Shown: positions 38,139 through 48,854 of the stretch, one piece after another | Numbering within the stretch: position 1 is the stretch's first letter | Layout of the letters: every line of letters begins with the position of its first letter | Made by a program: the position numbers and the translations under genes | Sequence record: NC_019401.1 | Direction: 5' to 3' (one strand) | DNA length: 64,000 bases | Notes under the pieces: generated by a model | What the model saw: the letters and a program-made list of their open reading frames with translations, nothing else | Database searches by the model: none | What the model was told of the DNA's origin: nothing

Positions 38139-41100
38139 TTATTTTCCAATATTAATATTGCTTTTAGCTAGTGAGTTAACTATGATAACATTATCTACAG
38201 TAGCAGTACTTATGAACAATTGGTCAGATGCACTTGGTATTTCGAACAGTTCACCAAACTTAGAGCTTGGGTTCTGTGGAACAATTACCACTGAAGCAAT
38301 TTCAGTACTCAAATTGATGTGAATGAACGTTGCTAGTTCAGTATAGTAGAAGCTTTCACCGAAATCCCAATTATCAATGCTGAAGAAATCATTTGTTAGT
38401 GAAATTACACGTTGACGAATTTCATCATCACTCAATGTTGAGTTTGGCAATTTAATAACTTTGAAATCTGCACGATAATCTGGATCAGCAGTTTCACCAA
38501 ATAGCTGTAAGTACTTAGCACTATGCCAGATAGTACTGTCGCTGACAACAATACGGTTCTCTACTTCTGCAAACATCTCACTTAGTTCAGCACTTGTTGG
38601 TGGTTTAGGGAATTCTGAACCATTATTCTGTTTTAACCATATATCAACTGCTTCTTTGTACGAATTTGTTAGTACATACATATCAATCAAGTTAGTTTTA
38701 CTTGGGTCGATACGGTTATCATCAGGTGCATAGTGCTTCCAATGATAGTTAATATCCACACGAGCATCTTTCTTGATGAAATAATCAGTACTTACATCTT
38801 TATATCCATAATAGTCGAGCTTAACACTTTCGTCAGCTTTTGGATCGCTCATATTTTCTATTGCACGAACGAAAGCTTGTTCTGGTGTTATTGGATTTTG
38901 ATCAGAACTTAGTGTCATATTGGACAAGAAGTTGTTCAAACGATCATTATTGTTACCAACAGTTTGTTCGATGAAGTAATCTCGGCCATTATATTCAAAT
39001 CCAACTATAAATCCTGAACCATGATTGAATAATCCAGAAATACTAGTAGTTCTCATATTGACATTACGCAAAAGAGCAGATTTTTTATATGCTACAGTTT
39101 CAGCGTTGGCTTGAGCAGCAGTATATGTCCATGCACTATCCAATAAAGTGAAATTATCAGATACTGGATTAACAATATCAATAGTGAAATCTTTATTTTC
39201 ACGGAAAAACACCCACTGTTCATACTTAGTTTTATCTTCTCCAGATAAAGTAGGAACAATCTTTCTAAATTGGTTAGGATTTAGAGGAATACCATTAGTA
39301 TCTCTTGAAGCACTCGTAATAATAACACGTGAACCATCAATATAACCATTTTCCTGATTAACAGTTTCTAAAATCTGGAATTGTTCGTTATCTGTATAGC
39401 CATTGTTGTTAGTATAATTTGGATTATACGATAAAACTACAATTTTGTCTGATTGAACAGTACCGGTACTAATATCACTGATATTTCCAGTACTTACAAA
39501 ATAAAAACGTACTTTTTCGCCGCCGACAAAGATATAATTTATACCATTACTTACAAAATCCCATGATTCTGCTGTATATGAACACTTAACAAGAATCGGA
39601 TAAGAAGTATTGTTATATGTCACCGTATCAGACGTGAATGTCCCTTCTACTGGAATCCATGTTAATGTAGTTGTATCATAGATAAGAACAAAATCGGTTT
39701 TCTTATCTAACATAGCAGCAATAGTTTGTACTTCAACGTTAGAAAACTTAACTCTGAATGGTTTAATATACTCACCTAGCAATTCTTTACCAGAAATTGG
39801 CATAGATAGTACCAAATATCCATTATCAAGTGAATCTACTACAGAAGTCCAAATATCAACACCAGATGCTGATGGGAAATTCAATAGTGTACCAATTTCG
39901 TAAACTTCTGGAGTACCATTAGCTATAATTCGACCATAAGTATTAGATGAATAACTTGAATTGAACTCTGGAGTCCATATTTGGTTATTAACTACTGATA
40001 CAGTATTAGCTGGATAATCCTGATATAGCTGAATAACAGAAGTATCGCCAATTAGTGGTTGAATGTTGTCAATGGCTACCGCAGTATTAGATTTTGCCGA
40101 TGGTAATAGCAATGTAGTACTTTTATGTGACGTATCACGGTATATTGCACCGTCATCAGTGAATACATCGGTATTTTGATACTTACCAGTTGGGTCGTTA
40201 ATATCAATAAAGCGTGATTGACCTGAATATATACGGTTAATTGCTTTTGCTTTTAATACAGAGTTACCTAACATTAATGGTGCAATATTATAATCTTCAC
40301 CATTTACAAAACGGTTCTGTGTATAATATAATTGTGGTGCACGTTCTTTAATTTGTTCAATTGTCTCTCTTGATTGTGCAAAAGATGACTGGAACTGCAA
40401 ACTAAATTGAATATCCAAAGTACTGCTTTCATACTCGGACTGTGTGTTAGTACGATATATATATTTTATTGCTTTATTTTGAATATCAGTTGTTTTAATT
40501 GTATAGGTTTCACCATTACTTACTCTGTACCAAAAACGATACGCTCCACGAGGAACTTGACCACTGCGAGCATCAGGAAACTTAATAGTAATCTGATCAT
40601 TATCACGAGTAGTTACTGAAAAAATGTTTTTCTGTCTACGGTCAATAGAGTTGTATGCAATTGATTCGATTGCAGGAACACGAGTCCATTTAGTACGGAC
40701 TAAACCATCTTCTGTAATTTCTTGAACCCATACATCCGTTTCATTGATATTATTTGTATTAATATCTTGAACTCTGTTCTCGATACGTTGGTCATATTGA
40801 AAATCAGTATACGATAAGTTACCTTGTTTGAAATAAACAAAGAAGCCGGTATACGGAGAATCAAAACCGTTACCATCGTTACGATAGATAATATGTTTTT
40901 GCTCTTGTGGCTGTGGATGACGCTCAAATGCAGTACCAGTGCTTGAAATATCAGGGTTAACTACTTCAAATGCCATCGACTCACCGTTAATATTCGCACT
41001 GAATGGAATATTGGGAGCACTCATTGGAATTGTGTTTAGTTGATATAGCTGACTTGAAACACCATTTATAATAACTTTCTTAATTGGGTCACCGAACTGA

Positions 41101-41603
41101 TTTGTATCAACAAAAGCACTATTCATAACAAGAATAAAGTTTTCGTACCAGTTAGGATCGCTTGGGTCATTCCAGCGAATGATTTGATTTCTCAAAGATG
41201 TTCCAAAACTATTTTTAATATCTTGATTTGTTTTAACTGTAGTTACTTTTGCAAGGTCACGCCCTGGATATGCACGTTTTGGTGCATAAGAAATCATTTT
41301 TGCCAATTTTAGTACTGATGCTCTACGTTCCGCCGTATCAAGAAAGTTCTCTCTACTGTTCATATCCATACGGAATGCTAAGTTCTGACCAATCAATGCG
41401 ATTGTATCAAGAATAAAAATGAACTCGTCAGACTCAATCCAGTCGTTGAATGAATCAGGATATGTTAAACGTAGATAGTTAACCATACTTTCACGAATAG
41501 TATCAAAATCGTAGGCAGTTAAGTTAATTTGAGCAAATGACTCATAAACTTGTTGCCAATCTTCAGCAGCATACAAATTGGATTGTCTTTTTTGTTGTGC
41601 CAT
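38139..41603 (-). CDS. Baseplate wedge subunit (T4 gp6-like)
   Basis: YDFDTIRESMVNYL, ENFLDTAERRASVLKLAKMISY.P and FVNGEDY motifs. Confidence 0.88.
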   Translation of the reverse strand: MAQQKRQSNLYAAEDWQQVYESFAQINLTAYDFDTIRESMVNYLRLTYPDSFNDWIESDEFIFILDTIALIGQNLAFRMDMNSRENFLDTAERRASVLKLAKMISYAPKRAYPGRDLAKVTTVKTNQDIKNSFGTSLRNQIIRWNDPSDPNWYENFILVMNSAFVDTNQFGDPIKKVIINGVSSQLYQLNTIPMSAPNIPFSANINGESMAFEVVNPDISSTGTAFERHPQPQEQKHIIYRNDGNGFDSPYTGFFVYFKQGNLSYTDFQYDQRIENRVQDINTNNINETDVWVQEITEDGLVRTKWTRVPAIESIAYNSIDRRQKNIFSVTTRDNDQITIKFPDARSGQVPRGAYRFWYRVSNGETYTIKTTDIQNKAIKYIYRTNTQSEYESSTLDIQFSLQFQSSFAQSRETIEQIKERAPQLYYTQNRFVNGEDYNIAPLMLGNSVLKAKAINRIYSGQSRFIDINDPTGKYQNTDVFTDDGAIYRDTSHKSTTLLLPSAKSNTAVAIDNIQPLIGDTSVIQLYQDYPANTVSVVNNQIWTPEFNSSYSSNTYGRIIANGTPEVYEIGTLLNFPSASGVDIWTSVVDSLDNGYLVLSMPISGKELLGEYIKPFRVKFSNVEVQTIAAMLDKKTDFVLIYDTTTLTWIPVEGTFTSDTVTYNNTSYPILVKCSYTAESWDFVSNGINYIFVGGEKVRFYFVSTGNISDISTGTVQSDKIVVLSYNPNYTNNNGYTDNEQFQILETVNQENGYIDGSRVIITSASRDTNGIPLNPNQFRKIVPTLSGEDKTKYEQWVFFRENKDFTIDIVNPVSDNFTLLDSAWTYTAAQANAETVAYKKSALLRNVNMRTTSISGLFNHGSGFIVGFEYNGRDYFIEQTVGNNNDRLNNFLSNMTLSSDQNPITPEQAFVRAIENMSDPKADESVKLDYYGYKDVSTDYFIKKDARVDINYHWKHYAPDDNRIDPSKTNLIDMYVLTNSYKEAVDIWLKQNNGSEFPKPPTSAELSEMFAEVENRIVVSDSTIWHSAKYLQLFGETADPDYRADFKVIKLPNSTLSDDEIRQRVISLTNDFFSIDNWDFGESFYYTELATFIHINLSTEIASVVIVPQNPSSKFGELFEIPSASDQLFISTATVDNVIIVNSLAKSNINIGK

Positions 41604-41634
41604 GTTTTATACACCTCATATAATAATATAGAAA

Positions 41635-41642
41635 TATTTATC
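41635..41642 (-). promoter_or_regulatory. T4-type late promoter (GATAAATA)
   Basis: TATTTATC upstream of the gp6-like gene. Confidence 0.65.
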
Positions 41643-41648
41643 CAAAAG

Positions 41649-41675
41649 AAAAGGCATCACGAAGGATGCCTTTTT
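41649..41675 (-). terminator. Intrinsic terminator
   Basis: AAAAGGCATC-ACGAAG-GATGCCTTTT. Confidence 0.75.
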
Positions 41676-41678
41676 AAT

Positions 41679-42068
41679 TTACGCTGCATTAATAAATGCC
41701 ATTCTTTGTTGTGAACGATTATCAAATACCAATGATAAATCTTCTACTGTTTCCAGTTGAACATATCTCAATCGCATATCAACTTGATAGCCGTACTCAA
41801 CACTTTGAACCTGAATAGATAGCAACTGTAATCTAGGATCTTGTGCCACTATATTACGTGCATCAGCTTCAAGTAATTGTGCATTACCTGGTCTATCAAG
41901 TTCAAATAGCAAATCCCAACCAATAAAACCATAGTCCACATCCATCACTCGCTCACCCTTTCGAGTATTAAAATGATTCATGAGGTCTTGCTTAACAAGT
42001 TCTACATCAAATAGTACTTTAGTTTTACCAACGATTGGAGATGAGAATCCTTTAAAAACTACTGCCAT
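41679..42068 (-). CDS. Baseplate wedge subunit (T4 gp25-like)
   Basis: D.ELVKQDL.N.F.TRKGERVM..DYG and I...DPRL motifs. Confidence 0.9.
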   Translation of the reverse strand: MAVVFKGFSSPIVGKTKVLFDVELVKQDLMNHFNTRKGERVMDVDYGFIGWDLLFELDRPGNAQLLEADARNIVAQDPRLQLLSIQVQSVEYGYQVDMRLRYVQLETVEDLSLVFDNRSQQRMAFINAA

Positions 42069-42078
42069 CTATTTCTCC

Positions 42079-42567
42079 TTATAGAGATTCTACAATACGT
42101 GCTAATTTCTCAGCACGTGAAGTGGTTTGTTTATACCAAGCAGAATTACGCATTCCTGCCGCTGCACCTTTATAATCTTCACGAGCCATGCATGTAAGAG
42201 TGTTTTTGAATGCAAGAACTTTACCTTTACCCATTTGGAAAACCATTTGAGTTAGTACTTTCTGTAGTTCAATACCACCTTTCATACCATATTGCTCATA
42301 AATTGATTTAGCATCAGCAACTTTCGCTGCCAAGTCTTTAGCTAAAAGAGCATCAGCTTGACTTTCATTTAAGCCTTGTTTAAAATCCTCACCACTAACA
42401 ATTAAATGTCCATATCCAATAGTTGGATACCCTAAACTGTCTTTGTATGTCCAGAATTTATCATTCTTGTAATACCCAAGTTTAGCTTGATAGTCTTTAG
42501 AACCTTCAAAAACTTTAATGTCACTTAATAGGTTAGGATCTTTACTAGTTAAAACCCAATTACTCAT
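42079..42567 (-). CDS. T4-type lysozyme (muramidase)
   Basis: FEG...YKDSLGYPTIGYGHL, MVFQMG and SAWYKQT..RA motifs; ATG at 42567 with SD GGAGGT. Confidence 0.92.
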   Translation of the reverse strand: MSNWVLTSKDPNLLSDIKVFEGSKDYQAKLGYYKNDKFWTYKDSLGYPTIGYGHLIVSGEDFKQGLNESQADALLAKDLAAKVADAKSIYEQYGMKGGIELQKVLTQMVFQMGKGKVLAFKNTLTCMAREDYKGAAAGMRNSAWYKQTTSRAEKLARIVESL

Positions 42568-42599
42568 ATCAATTACCTCCCGATGATAATCAGTATAAG

Positions 42600-42607
42600 T
42601 ATTTATT
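42600..42607 (-). promoter_or_regulatory. Late promoter embedded at the end of the gp5-like gene, serving the lysozyme gene
   Basis: AATAAATA overlaps the gp5-like stop codon. Confidence 0.6.
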
Positions 42608-45287
42608 GACATGACTCTACTCGACGTGCCATTACTTCTGCACGTCTAGGTGTTTGTCTATACCATGCAGAATTTCGGATACCTGCGGCGGCGGCTTTAT
42701 AATCACCACGTGCCATTGCAGCTAACGTATTTTTGAATTTTAATACTGAACCTTTACCCATTTGGAAACACATTTCAGTTAATACTATTTGACAAATATA
42801 TGGTGTCTTCATGTTGTATTGTGCATAAATTGATTGTGCATCTCTTACAGTACGAATAAGGTCTTTTTGTAATAGTGCGTCAGCTTGTGCTTCATCAATA
42901 CCACCACCAAAATTGTCACGAGCAGTTATTAAATGTCCATAACCAATTGTTGGATAACCTAAGCTATCTTTGTAAATCCAGAATCTACCATTACGATAAT
43001 ATCCAACCGCTGTTTGATATTCAATTGTACCTTCAAATTCTTTCACTTCTTCAATTAATTTACTGTCACTTGGTAGTACTTTCCAATCAACTGCGGTCTT
43101 ATCAATATTTGATAAGTCTTCTGGTGGAGTATTAGCAGATGAATTGCCATTTTGCTTACTACGAGTTGTTTTTCTAGGAACATGTTTAGAACCACGTTGT
43201 GAATATGCCGACCCGATGCTGTTCACAGTTGTTATAACAACAAGCTCTGAACTATCTGGCGAATATCCGGTAGCAGGTTTTGGATTAGGGTTAGATGGCT
43301 TACCAATAGTTAAACTTTTGTTTGCACAATCTTTTCCTTTACCAGTTACTGAACTGAAAAATAATCCAGGATCTACTGTTCCAGAGAAACCATAAATGTT
43401 TGCAGACTGTAGGCGAATTTCATATTCAAACACCCCATTTGCAGTTCCTATTTTCTCTCCTTTTTTGACAGTATCTTTATTATTAACAGTAGCAGTAATA
43501 TCATAAAAAATAGATTTGTATCCGATTGGGTGGGTAATAATTATTCCACCGTTGCCCATTTTAGTAATGAGTCCACCTTCTGGTGCAACAACATCACCTT
43601 TAGCTTGAATAATCCATCCATTTCTGTTTGTATTTGTTCCGGTCTGTGTCGGTACACCTTTGCCCCAATATCCGAATTCACGAATTGTGCCAGTACAAGG
43701 CATAAACAGTTGCAATCCTTCGTAGGTTGTGGTATAAGATTGTACTGTGGTGTCGTCTTCGTCTCCATCAGAAACTACTAAATCTTGAGTTAGGACTTGA
43801 CCAACTTCTTGTGTACTGTTAATATATTGAACAGTTTCTTGTGCCTGTTGCGTTGGTGCAACTGGTGCAACATCATTTGCTGGTTGTGGTTCAGCAGCAG
43901 GTTTAGTATTAGGTGAACCACCTCCATTAACAGGGGGAGCCATCTCATTACTGTGATTATCCGCTGATGAAAATGCCGCATGGTAGTGAATATGGCTGTT
44001 TAGTCCAACTGATGGAGTAACTACATCAGGTGCATTAATTTGTGAACTTGAGTCAACCGTACCTGAAATATTAAAATTAGTACCGCCACCAGATAAATTT
44101 ATTGAACTTGGTGCGGTTACATCCATTGTTGAACCAGTTTTAATTGCTGTGTTTTCTCCAGATGTGATGTTAGTACTTGCCCCTGACTGAACGCGAATAC
44201 TAGCAGCCGCTACTAAACGTAGGTCTGCACCAGTGTTGATCACGACTTGTCCATTAACAATCGCATCAAGTTTACCAACTAAGTTTAGTTTAGTATCTGC
44301 TTGTGTATGAACATTTAAGTTTCTTCCAATTTCAACGTTCATATCACGTGCAACTGAAAGGTTAAAGTCTTCATCTGTACGGATAGTAATACTTTTATCT
44401 GAATGAACTGTAATTTGACCATCAGCAGTCATTTCAAAACGAGCAGTACCATCACGGTTAATAAGAAACACATTACCATCACTTTCTGAAAGAAGGAACT
44501 GTGCACCGCTACGAGTGCGTAAAACAATACCTTCATTCTTACGTAAACCAACCGTTGTGTCGTTTACAGGGTTTCCAAATTGGGTATCCTGATATGAATC
44601 AGGGTCATCATCCCAACTTGGTGCAGTTAGTTCTGATTCCGTAAAGCCATCATCCACGATAAAGCTGTTACCACGAGGCGATGACAACCCATAAACAGTA
44701 CTGATGGTTTGACGAGTACTACTACGGTTCGGAATACCTTTTTGTTCGTCATATAATAGGTTTTGTTTTTTTAATCCTTCGACCAATGGAACATTAATAT
44801 ATTTTTGGTCAATTTGTGTTTGTAGTGTGTTACGATCATAGTCAGTAATTGGTACTGGCATATCATAACCACTGTCTGGTAATTTTTGGGTTGCACTACC
44901 AGGAACCATTGTGTTCATTCGGTCATCATAACCGCAAGCGAACCACCAGCAATCATGGATGTTACCGTTAGCAAAAAAAACTGCTACTGTAACACCAACA
45001 TCTGGAGGAACACCCCAAAAGCCGTAGCCTTTTGGGAATTGTTGATAAGATTCTGCACCTGGTGTACCTGGTGTTCTTCCGGCAAATGGAGAAAGGTAAG
45101 ATGCAGTAATCCAAGAACCTTTGGAATCACGATCACTTTGTGAGTTCTGAATCCAAACTTTTAACTTACCGGTTCTTGTTGGATCTCGGTTGTCCATTAC
45201 AGTTGCTAATTGCACGAATTGTGGATTAAAACGTGCCTTTTGGTTATTAGCAAATGCTTGACTTTTACTGTTATTTGAATCAGCCAT
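42603..45287 (-). CDS. Baseplate central spike / tail lysozyme (T4 gp5-like): OB-fold, beta-helix, M23-like segment and C-terminal lysozyme
   Basis: DNRDPTRTGKLKVWI and PPDVG..V.V.F..G N-terminus; LRTRSGAQ; H.H.H tip motif; C-terminal YKDSLGYPTIGYGHL. Confidence 0.88.
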   Translation of the reverse strand: MADSNNSKSQAFANNQKARFNPQFVQLATVMDNRDPTRTGKLKVWIQNSQSDRDSKGSWITASYLSPFAGRTPGTPGAESYQQFPKGYGFWGVPPDVGVTVAVFFANGNIHDCWWFACGYDDRMNTMVPGSATQKLPDSGYDMPVPITDYDRNTLQTQIDQKYINVPLVEGLKKQNLLYDEQKGIPNRSSTRQTISTVYGLSSPRGNSFIVDDGFTESELTAPSWDDDPDSYQDTQFGNPVNDTTVGLRKNEGIVLRTRSGAQFLLSESDGNVFLINRDGTARFEMTADGQITVHSDKSITIRTDEDFNLSVARDMNVEIGRNLNVHTQADTKLNLVGKLDAIVNGQVVINTGADLRLVAAASIRVQSGASTNITSGENTAIKTGSTMDVTAPSSINLSGGGTNFNISGTVDSSSQINAPDVVTPSVGLNSHIHYHAAFSSADNHSNEMAPPVNGGGSPNTKPAAEPQPANDVAPVAPTQQAQETVQYINSTQEVGQVLTQDLVVSDGDEDDTTVQSYTTTYEGLQLFMPCTGTIREFGYWGKGVPTQTGTNTNRNGWIIQAKGDVVAPEGGLITKMGNGGIIITHPIGYKSIFYDITATVNNKDTVKKGEKIGTANGVFEYEIRLQSANIYGFSGTVDPGLFFSSVTGKGKDCANKSLTIGKPSNPNPKPATGYSPDSSELVVITTVNSIGSAYSQRGSKHVPRKTTRSKQNGNSSANTPPEDLSNIDKTAVDWKVLPSDSKLIEEVKEFEGTIEYQTAVGYYRNGRFWIYKDSLGYPTIGYGHLITARDNFGGGIDEAQADALLQKDLIRTVRDAQSIYAQYNMKTPYICQIVLTEMCFQMGKGSVLKFKNTLAAMARGDYKAAAAGIRNSAWYRQTPRRAEVMARRVESCQ

Positions 45288-47674
45288 TATTGTGTTTTCC
45301 CATTCTTTTTAATTGACTCAGTACTTTCAGTAACATCGGTATATTGATCTTTCTTACGTAGTGAACGAATTACTAGACCACCAGTGATTTGTTGTGTGAA
45401 AGTACCATTACTATTAAATTCACTTACAACTTTATTCACACGATAAAATGTTTGTGCGAATACTGAGCTTTGGTTAACTTCTAAAATACCGGTTTCATCG
45501 CTTATTGCTACTATTGGTTTTAAGTTCAACAACAAATAAGTTTCTGTTGTTAAAAAGTTAGCAAAGTGAATGTCAGAAGGATCTGGATTAATATCTTGTC
45601 CTTCGACTGCACGTTGAAGATATTTCATGTAAGAGTAGTCGCCCCATCCTAACCAGAATGGATCGCCAACAACTTTAATATCCAATTTAGCTAAGAATGA
45701 ACGGTTATAATAGTTATCTCGAACCAAACGTCTTTCAAGTTCATCATCAGAACTGTTATCACCTTTGGAACCAGAGTTTGTTTGTTTAATGTTGGTCGGC
45801 TCAACTGGAATACTGTCAACTCTAGGAGAACCAATACCATTAGTACCTTCCGTAGTAAGGTCAATATCCTTACGAAAATCTTCAATGTACTGTGGCAATG
45901 CTGCTGATAATGATAAGTTGTAGCGACTTTGATCCGTCTCACCTTCAACTGGCATAACTTGTGAAGCTGCAACACCTTGTGCATCACGAATAAACTGACG
46001 TTCTTCATCAGTAAGTTGACGACCATTTTCCTGCTCACGAAGTAAGCTTTGCGACTTTGACCATAATGCAGCAGAATCTGAAGTAGAATATTCCTGACCA
46101 GCTAATTCTAATGTTTCGGCAACATGCGTACCGCTTGAGTTAGATGGATCAATTTGCGATTGTGGATTACGAACGACTGCGATATTAAATCCTTGGTCAT
46201 ATTTAAGATCTAGATTTATAATTTCGTTATTCAATCCACTAAATTGATAATCATATCGTTTAGCATTTATTTTTGGAATCTTATTAGGATCAGTTTCATC
46301 AACTATTTTATCAGCATTCTCATAGAAGTACTGCAAATTAAATGATTCAGGTGCAAGGTCATCTTTTGATGTTACATCACCAATTTTATATTTCAGAATA
46401 TAGAAAAAGCTTTTAAAAGCAGAAGTATTTCTGATTGGATCGAATCCAACATATCTTGAAACTGGAATAATGTTTACAAACTGCCGACGCTTATCAGTAC
46501 TTTCATGCAAGGGCATACAGCAGTCTAAAATATCATCAATGACACGTGAAACTGGCACATCTGCACCCCATGTGAATTGTTTTGCAGCACTTGAACCATT
46601 TGGTGACTGGTTAACCTCTGGACTTTGCTTAACGTCATAGTTAATAGTCATGTTAGCTAGTTCAGTTGGACATTTGATTTCAAAGTACTTATCATTTGCA
46701 AATTGTGCATAACGATAGCGAAGGTATCCGTACTGGTCGGTAGCTACTTTATTAAGATGATCTTCAAGTTGTTGTACGAATTCACCAAAGTTTCCAGTAG
46801 TACAAGTATAAGGTTCCATTAACGTCCAGTCTTTGTTTTCCATAATACCACCACGTGTACTTGTCATCGTGAAGGTATAAGTCATTGAACCACCTGATGG
46901 ACTTGCAGAGCCAGTGATAGTGTTTATTCTAACACCCCATTTTCGGTTTAGACCTGGAATATTCATTGCCATGCCAGTATCTTGGTCATAACCTACAAAG
47001 TTCAACTCAAGTATTACAGGAATATCCATGAATTTTTTATAACCTAGCTCATTTGACAGTACTATCAAGTCGTCAAATAAACTCATACCACCATTTTCTT
47101 GTAGTTCAAGGACGCAAGTGTTTAGTGAATAGTTTGATGTTAACCCAGGAGTTGCTGGACCAGCAGAAGTCATCTTAACACTATTAATACTGTATCTACC
47201 AGTTACGCCACTTTGGGCGATTACATACTTGGAAACATCAGCATCAGAGTTATCTAAAAAGAACTCATACTCAGTTGCATTCATTGTATACAATGAAAAA
47301 TTCCAAGTGTATTGATGATATGAAAGTAGTGGGTTTTCATATGGTAAAATCAAATCATTGAAATTGATATTAGAATATGTACCATCAGCAGCATTATACG
47401 ATTTTTGTTTTTCATCAGATGCACGAAGGGTATAACCATTAGACGTGCCGGGTATCATACCCTTAACGTTTGAAGTAGCTTTTTCTACTCCTTGCTTGTA
47501 TGAATTAACAGTTGATGTTGCTGCTGCCTGAACATTTTTCTTTGCTGATGAAACACTTTCATTTAATTCATTTACATTCGAAAGTATTTGTTCATTAACA
47601 CCTTCAACACTAAGGTTTTGTGTATTAACTTTACCGTTAGTTGCTTGATTTACTATTTTATTAATTGACGCCAT
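45287..47674 (-). CDS. Baseplate hub protein (gp27-like)
   Basis: 795 aa next to gp5 and gp53; C-terminal LDIKVVGDPFWL...Y.V..V.S.F..G.FTQ pattern. Confidence 0.6.
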   Translation of the reverse strand: MASINKIVNQATNGKVNTQNLSVEGVNEQILSNVNELNESVSSAKKNVQAAATSTVNSYKQGVEKATSNVKGMIPGTSNGYTLRASDEKQKSYNAADGTYSNINFNDLILPYENPLLSYHQYTWNFSLYTMNATEYEFFLDNSDADVSKYVIAQSGVTGRYSINSVKMTSAGPATPGLTSNYSLNTCVLELQENGGMSLFDDLIVLSNELGYKKFMDIPVILELNFVGYDQDTGMAMNIPGLNRKWGVRINTITGSASPSGGSMTYTFTMTSTRGGIMENKDWTLMEPYTCTTGNFGEFVQQLEDHLNKVATDQYGYLRYRYAQFANDKYFEIKCPTELANMTINYDVKQSPEVNQSPNGSSAAKQFTWGADVPVSRVIDDILDCCMPLHESTDKRRQFVNIIPVSRYVGFDPIRNTSAFKSFFYILKYKIGDVTSKDDLAPESFNLQYFYENADKIVDETDPNKIPKINAKRYDYQFSGLNNEIINLDLKYDQGFNIAVVRNPQSQIDPSNSSGTHVAETLELAGQEYSTSDSAALWSKSQSLLREQENGRQLTDEERQFIRDAQGVAASQVMPVEGETDQSRYNLSLSAALPQYIEDFRKDIDLTTEGTNGIGSPRVDSIPVEPTNIKQTNSGSKGDNSSDDELERRLVRDNYYNRSFLAKLDIKVVGDPFWLGWGDYSYMKYLQRAVEGQDINPDPSDIHFANFLTTETYLLLNLKPIVAISDETGILEVNQSSVFAQTFYRVNKVVSEFNSNGTFTQQITGGLVIRSLRKKDQYTDVTESTESIKKNGKTQ

Positions 47675-47685
47675 GTTGAATATCC

Positions 47686-48000
47686 TTACTTAACATTTCT
47701 AGAACTGTTTAACCAGGTCTGTACACGTTGTAGCGATGGAACTAAAATTACTTTACCAGCAGTAAAATCATAAATTGGATCTACTAGAATATCTGGATTT
47801 AGTAATGAAAAAATATAATATAATCTCTCATTACCATATAAATCTTTAGCTAAACGCCAAGGTTGTTCGTTGTAATGATTTGGAATTGTATATTCTATAT
47901 CAGAATCGGCTTTAACTATGCCTTGTGGTAAATTGTATCCAAGATACCATGTCTGTTTTACTTTCGCATACGGAGAGTATAAACTATATTTGGAAGCCAT
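47686..48000 (-). CDS. Baseplate wedge protein (T4 gp53/LysM-like)
   Basis: YTIP..Y...P..LA.DLYG...LY.I...N..I.DPI.DF..G..I.VP pattern. Confidence 0.8.
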   Translation of the reverse strand: MASKYSLYSPYAKVKQTWYLGYNLPQGIVKADSDIEYTIPNHYNEQPWRLAKDLYGNERLYYIFSLLNPDILVDPIYDFTAGKVILVPSLQRVQTWLNSSRNVK

Positions 48001-48737
48001 TAAATGAATCCTCCTTTACGTAATAGTGCACCACGTTTGAAAGCATTAAGATTAAATTTACTAGTCATATAATCTGGTGTTGGTTGCTGTTCAAGCTGTA
48101 GTGTAATTGTCATTTTTTGTGGAACCCATACTTCGTTTTCTGGATTAGTTGTACCTACATTTCTAAGATTTTCAAAGTACGCACGAGTTGCGGAATCAGA
48201 ATAATCGTAACCATCTAGAGAACTATCTATTGGTACTTGAATGTAAGAAACATCATCTGGATAACTGAACTGATATGATTTGATAATAACTGGAATATCA
48301 TTATAAACATATCGACCATATCCGCTTAGTAATAGAATTGGTGGCGGTGCACCAACTACTGCGAAATCTGGATTCTGCGATAACGCAGCAGTTCTACCAA
48401 AGTCCATCAAAGTTACCGAACGAATAAAATGCATACACGCAAGAGTGTACATTGCTTCCATTGCAGTATTCGAATAGAAAGAACCTTGTAGAGTTATTAC
48501 TGTGTTTGAAGTGTTTTTATAGTTGTTGTATCCACTGTTTGTATGTACGGGCTGATCCATTTCATAGTTTACGGTTCTTTGTTCAGATATGATAGGTGTA
48601 TAGTTCCATACCATACCATTTGTAACACGCAAGAATGACAAAATGGATGTTTGGTTTGTTCCACCATTGTTAACATCGCCGTAAACATAACTAGCTGCCG
48701 CATCTTTTGGTCTTAATCTAATTCTACGATCTATCAT
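48000..48737 (-). CDS. Baseplate / tail tube initiator-like protein (gp48/gp54-like)
   Basis: G.PPP...L.GYG.Y....IPVII.S...Y motif; ATG at 48737 with SD GGAG. Confidence 0.6.
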   Translation of the reverse strand: MIDRRIRLRPKDAAASYVYGDVNNGGTNQTSILSFLRVTNGMVWNYTPIISEQRTVNYEMDQPVHTNSGYNNYKNTSNTVITLQGSFYSNTAMEAMYTLACMHFIRSVTLMDFGRTAALSQNPDFAVVGAPPPILLLSGYGRYVYNDIPVIIKSYQFSYPDDVSYIQVPIDSSLDGYDYSDSATRAYFENLRNVGTTNPENEVWVPQKMTITLQLEQQPTPDYMTSKFNLNAFKRGALLRKGGFI

Positions 48738-48765
48738 ATATGTTCTCCGAGAAAATACTATTATG

Positions 48766-48773
48766 TATTTATT
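48766..48773 (-). promoter_or_regulatory. T4-type late promoter (AATAAATA)
   Basis: TATTTATT upstream of the baseplate operon. Confidence 0.7.
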
Positions 48774-48776
48774 ATA

Positions 48777-48805
48777 TGGAACGTTTTTTAAAAATGTGGT
48801 ATAAT
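48777..48805 (+). promoter_or_regulatory. Early/middle-type promoter TGGAAC-N17-TATAAT
   Basis: TGGAAC 48777-48782 and TGTGGTATAAT 48795-48805. Confidence 0.8.
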
Positions 48806-48854
48806 AGAGAGGTAAAACAAGGATCGTTTTATATAAAAACATGGAGATTTTTTA

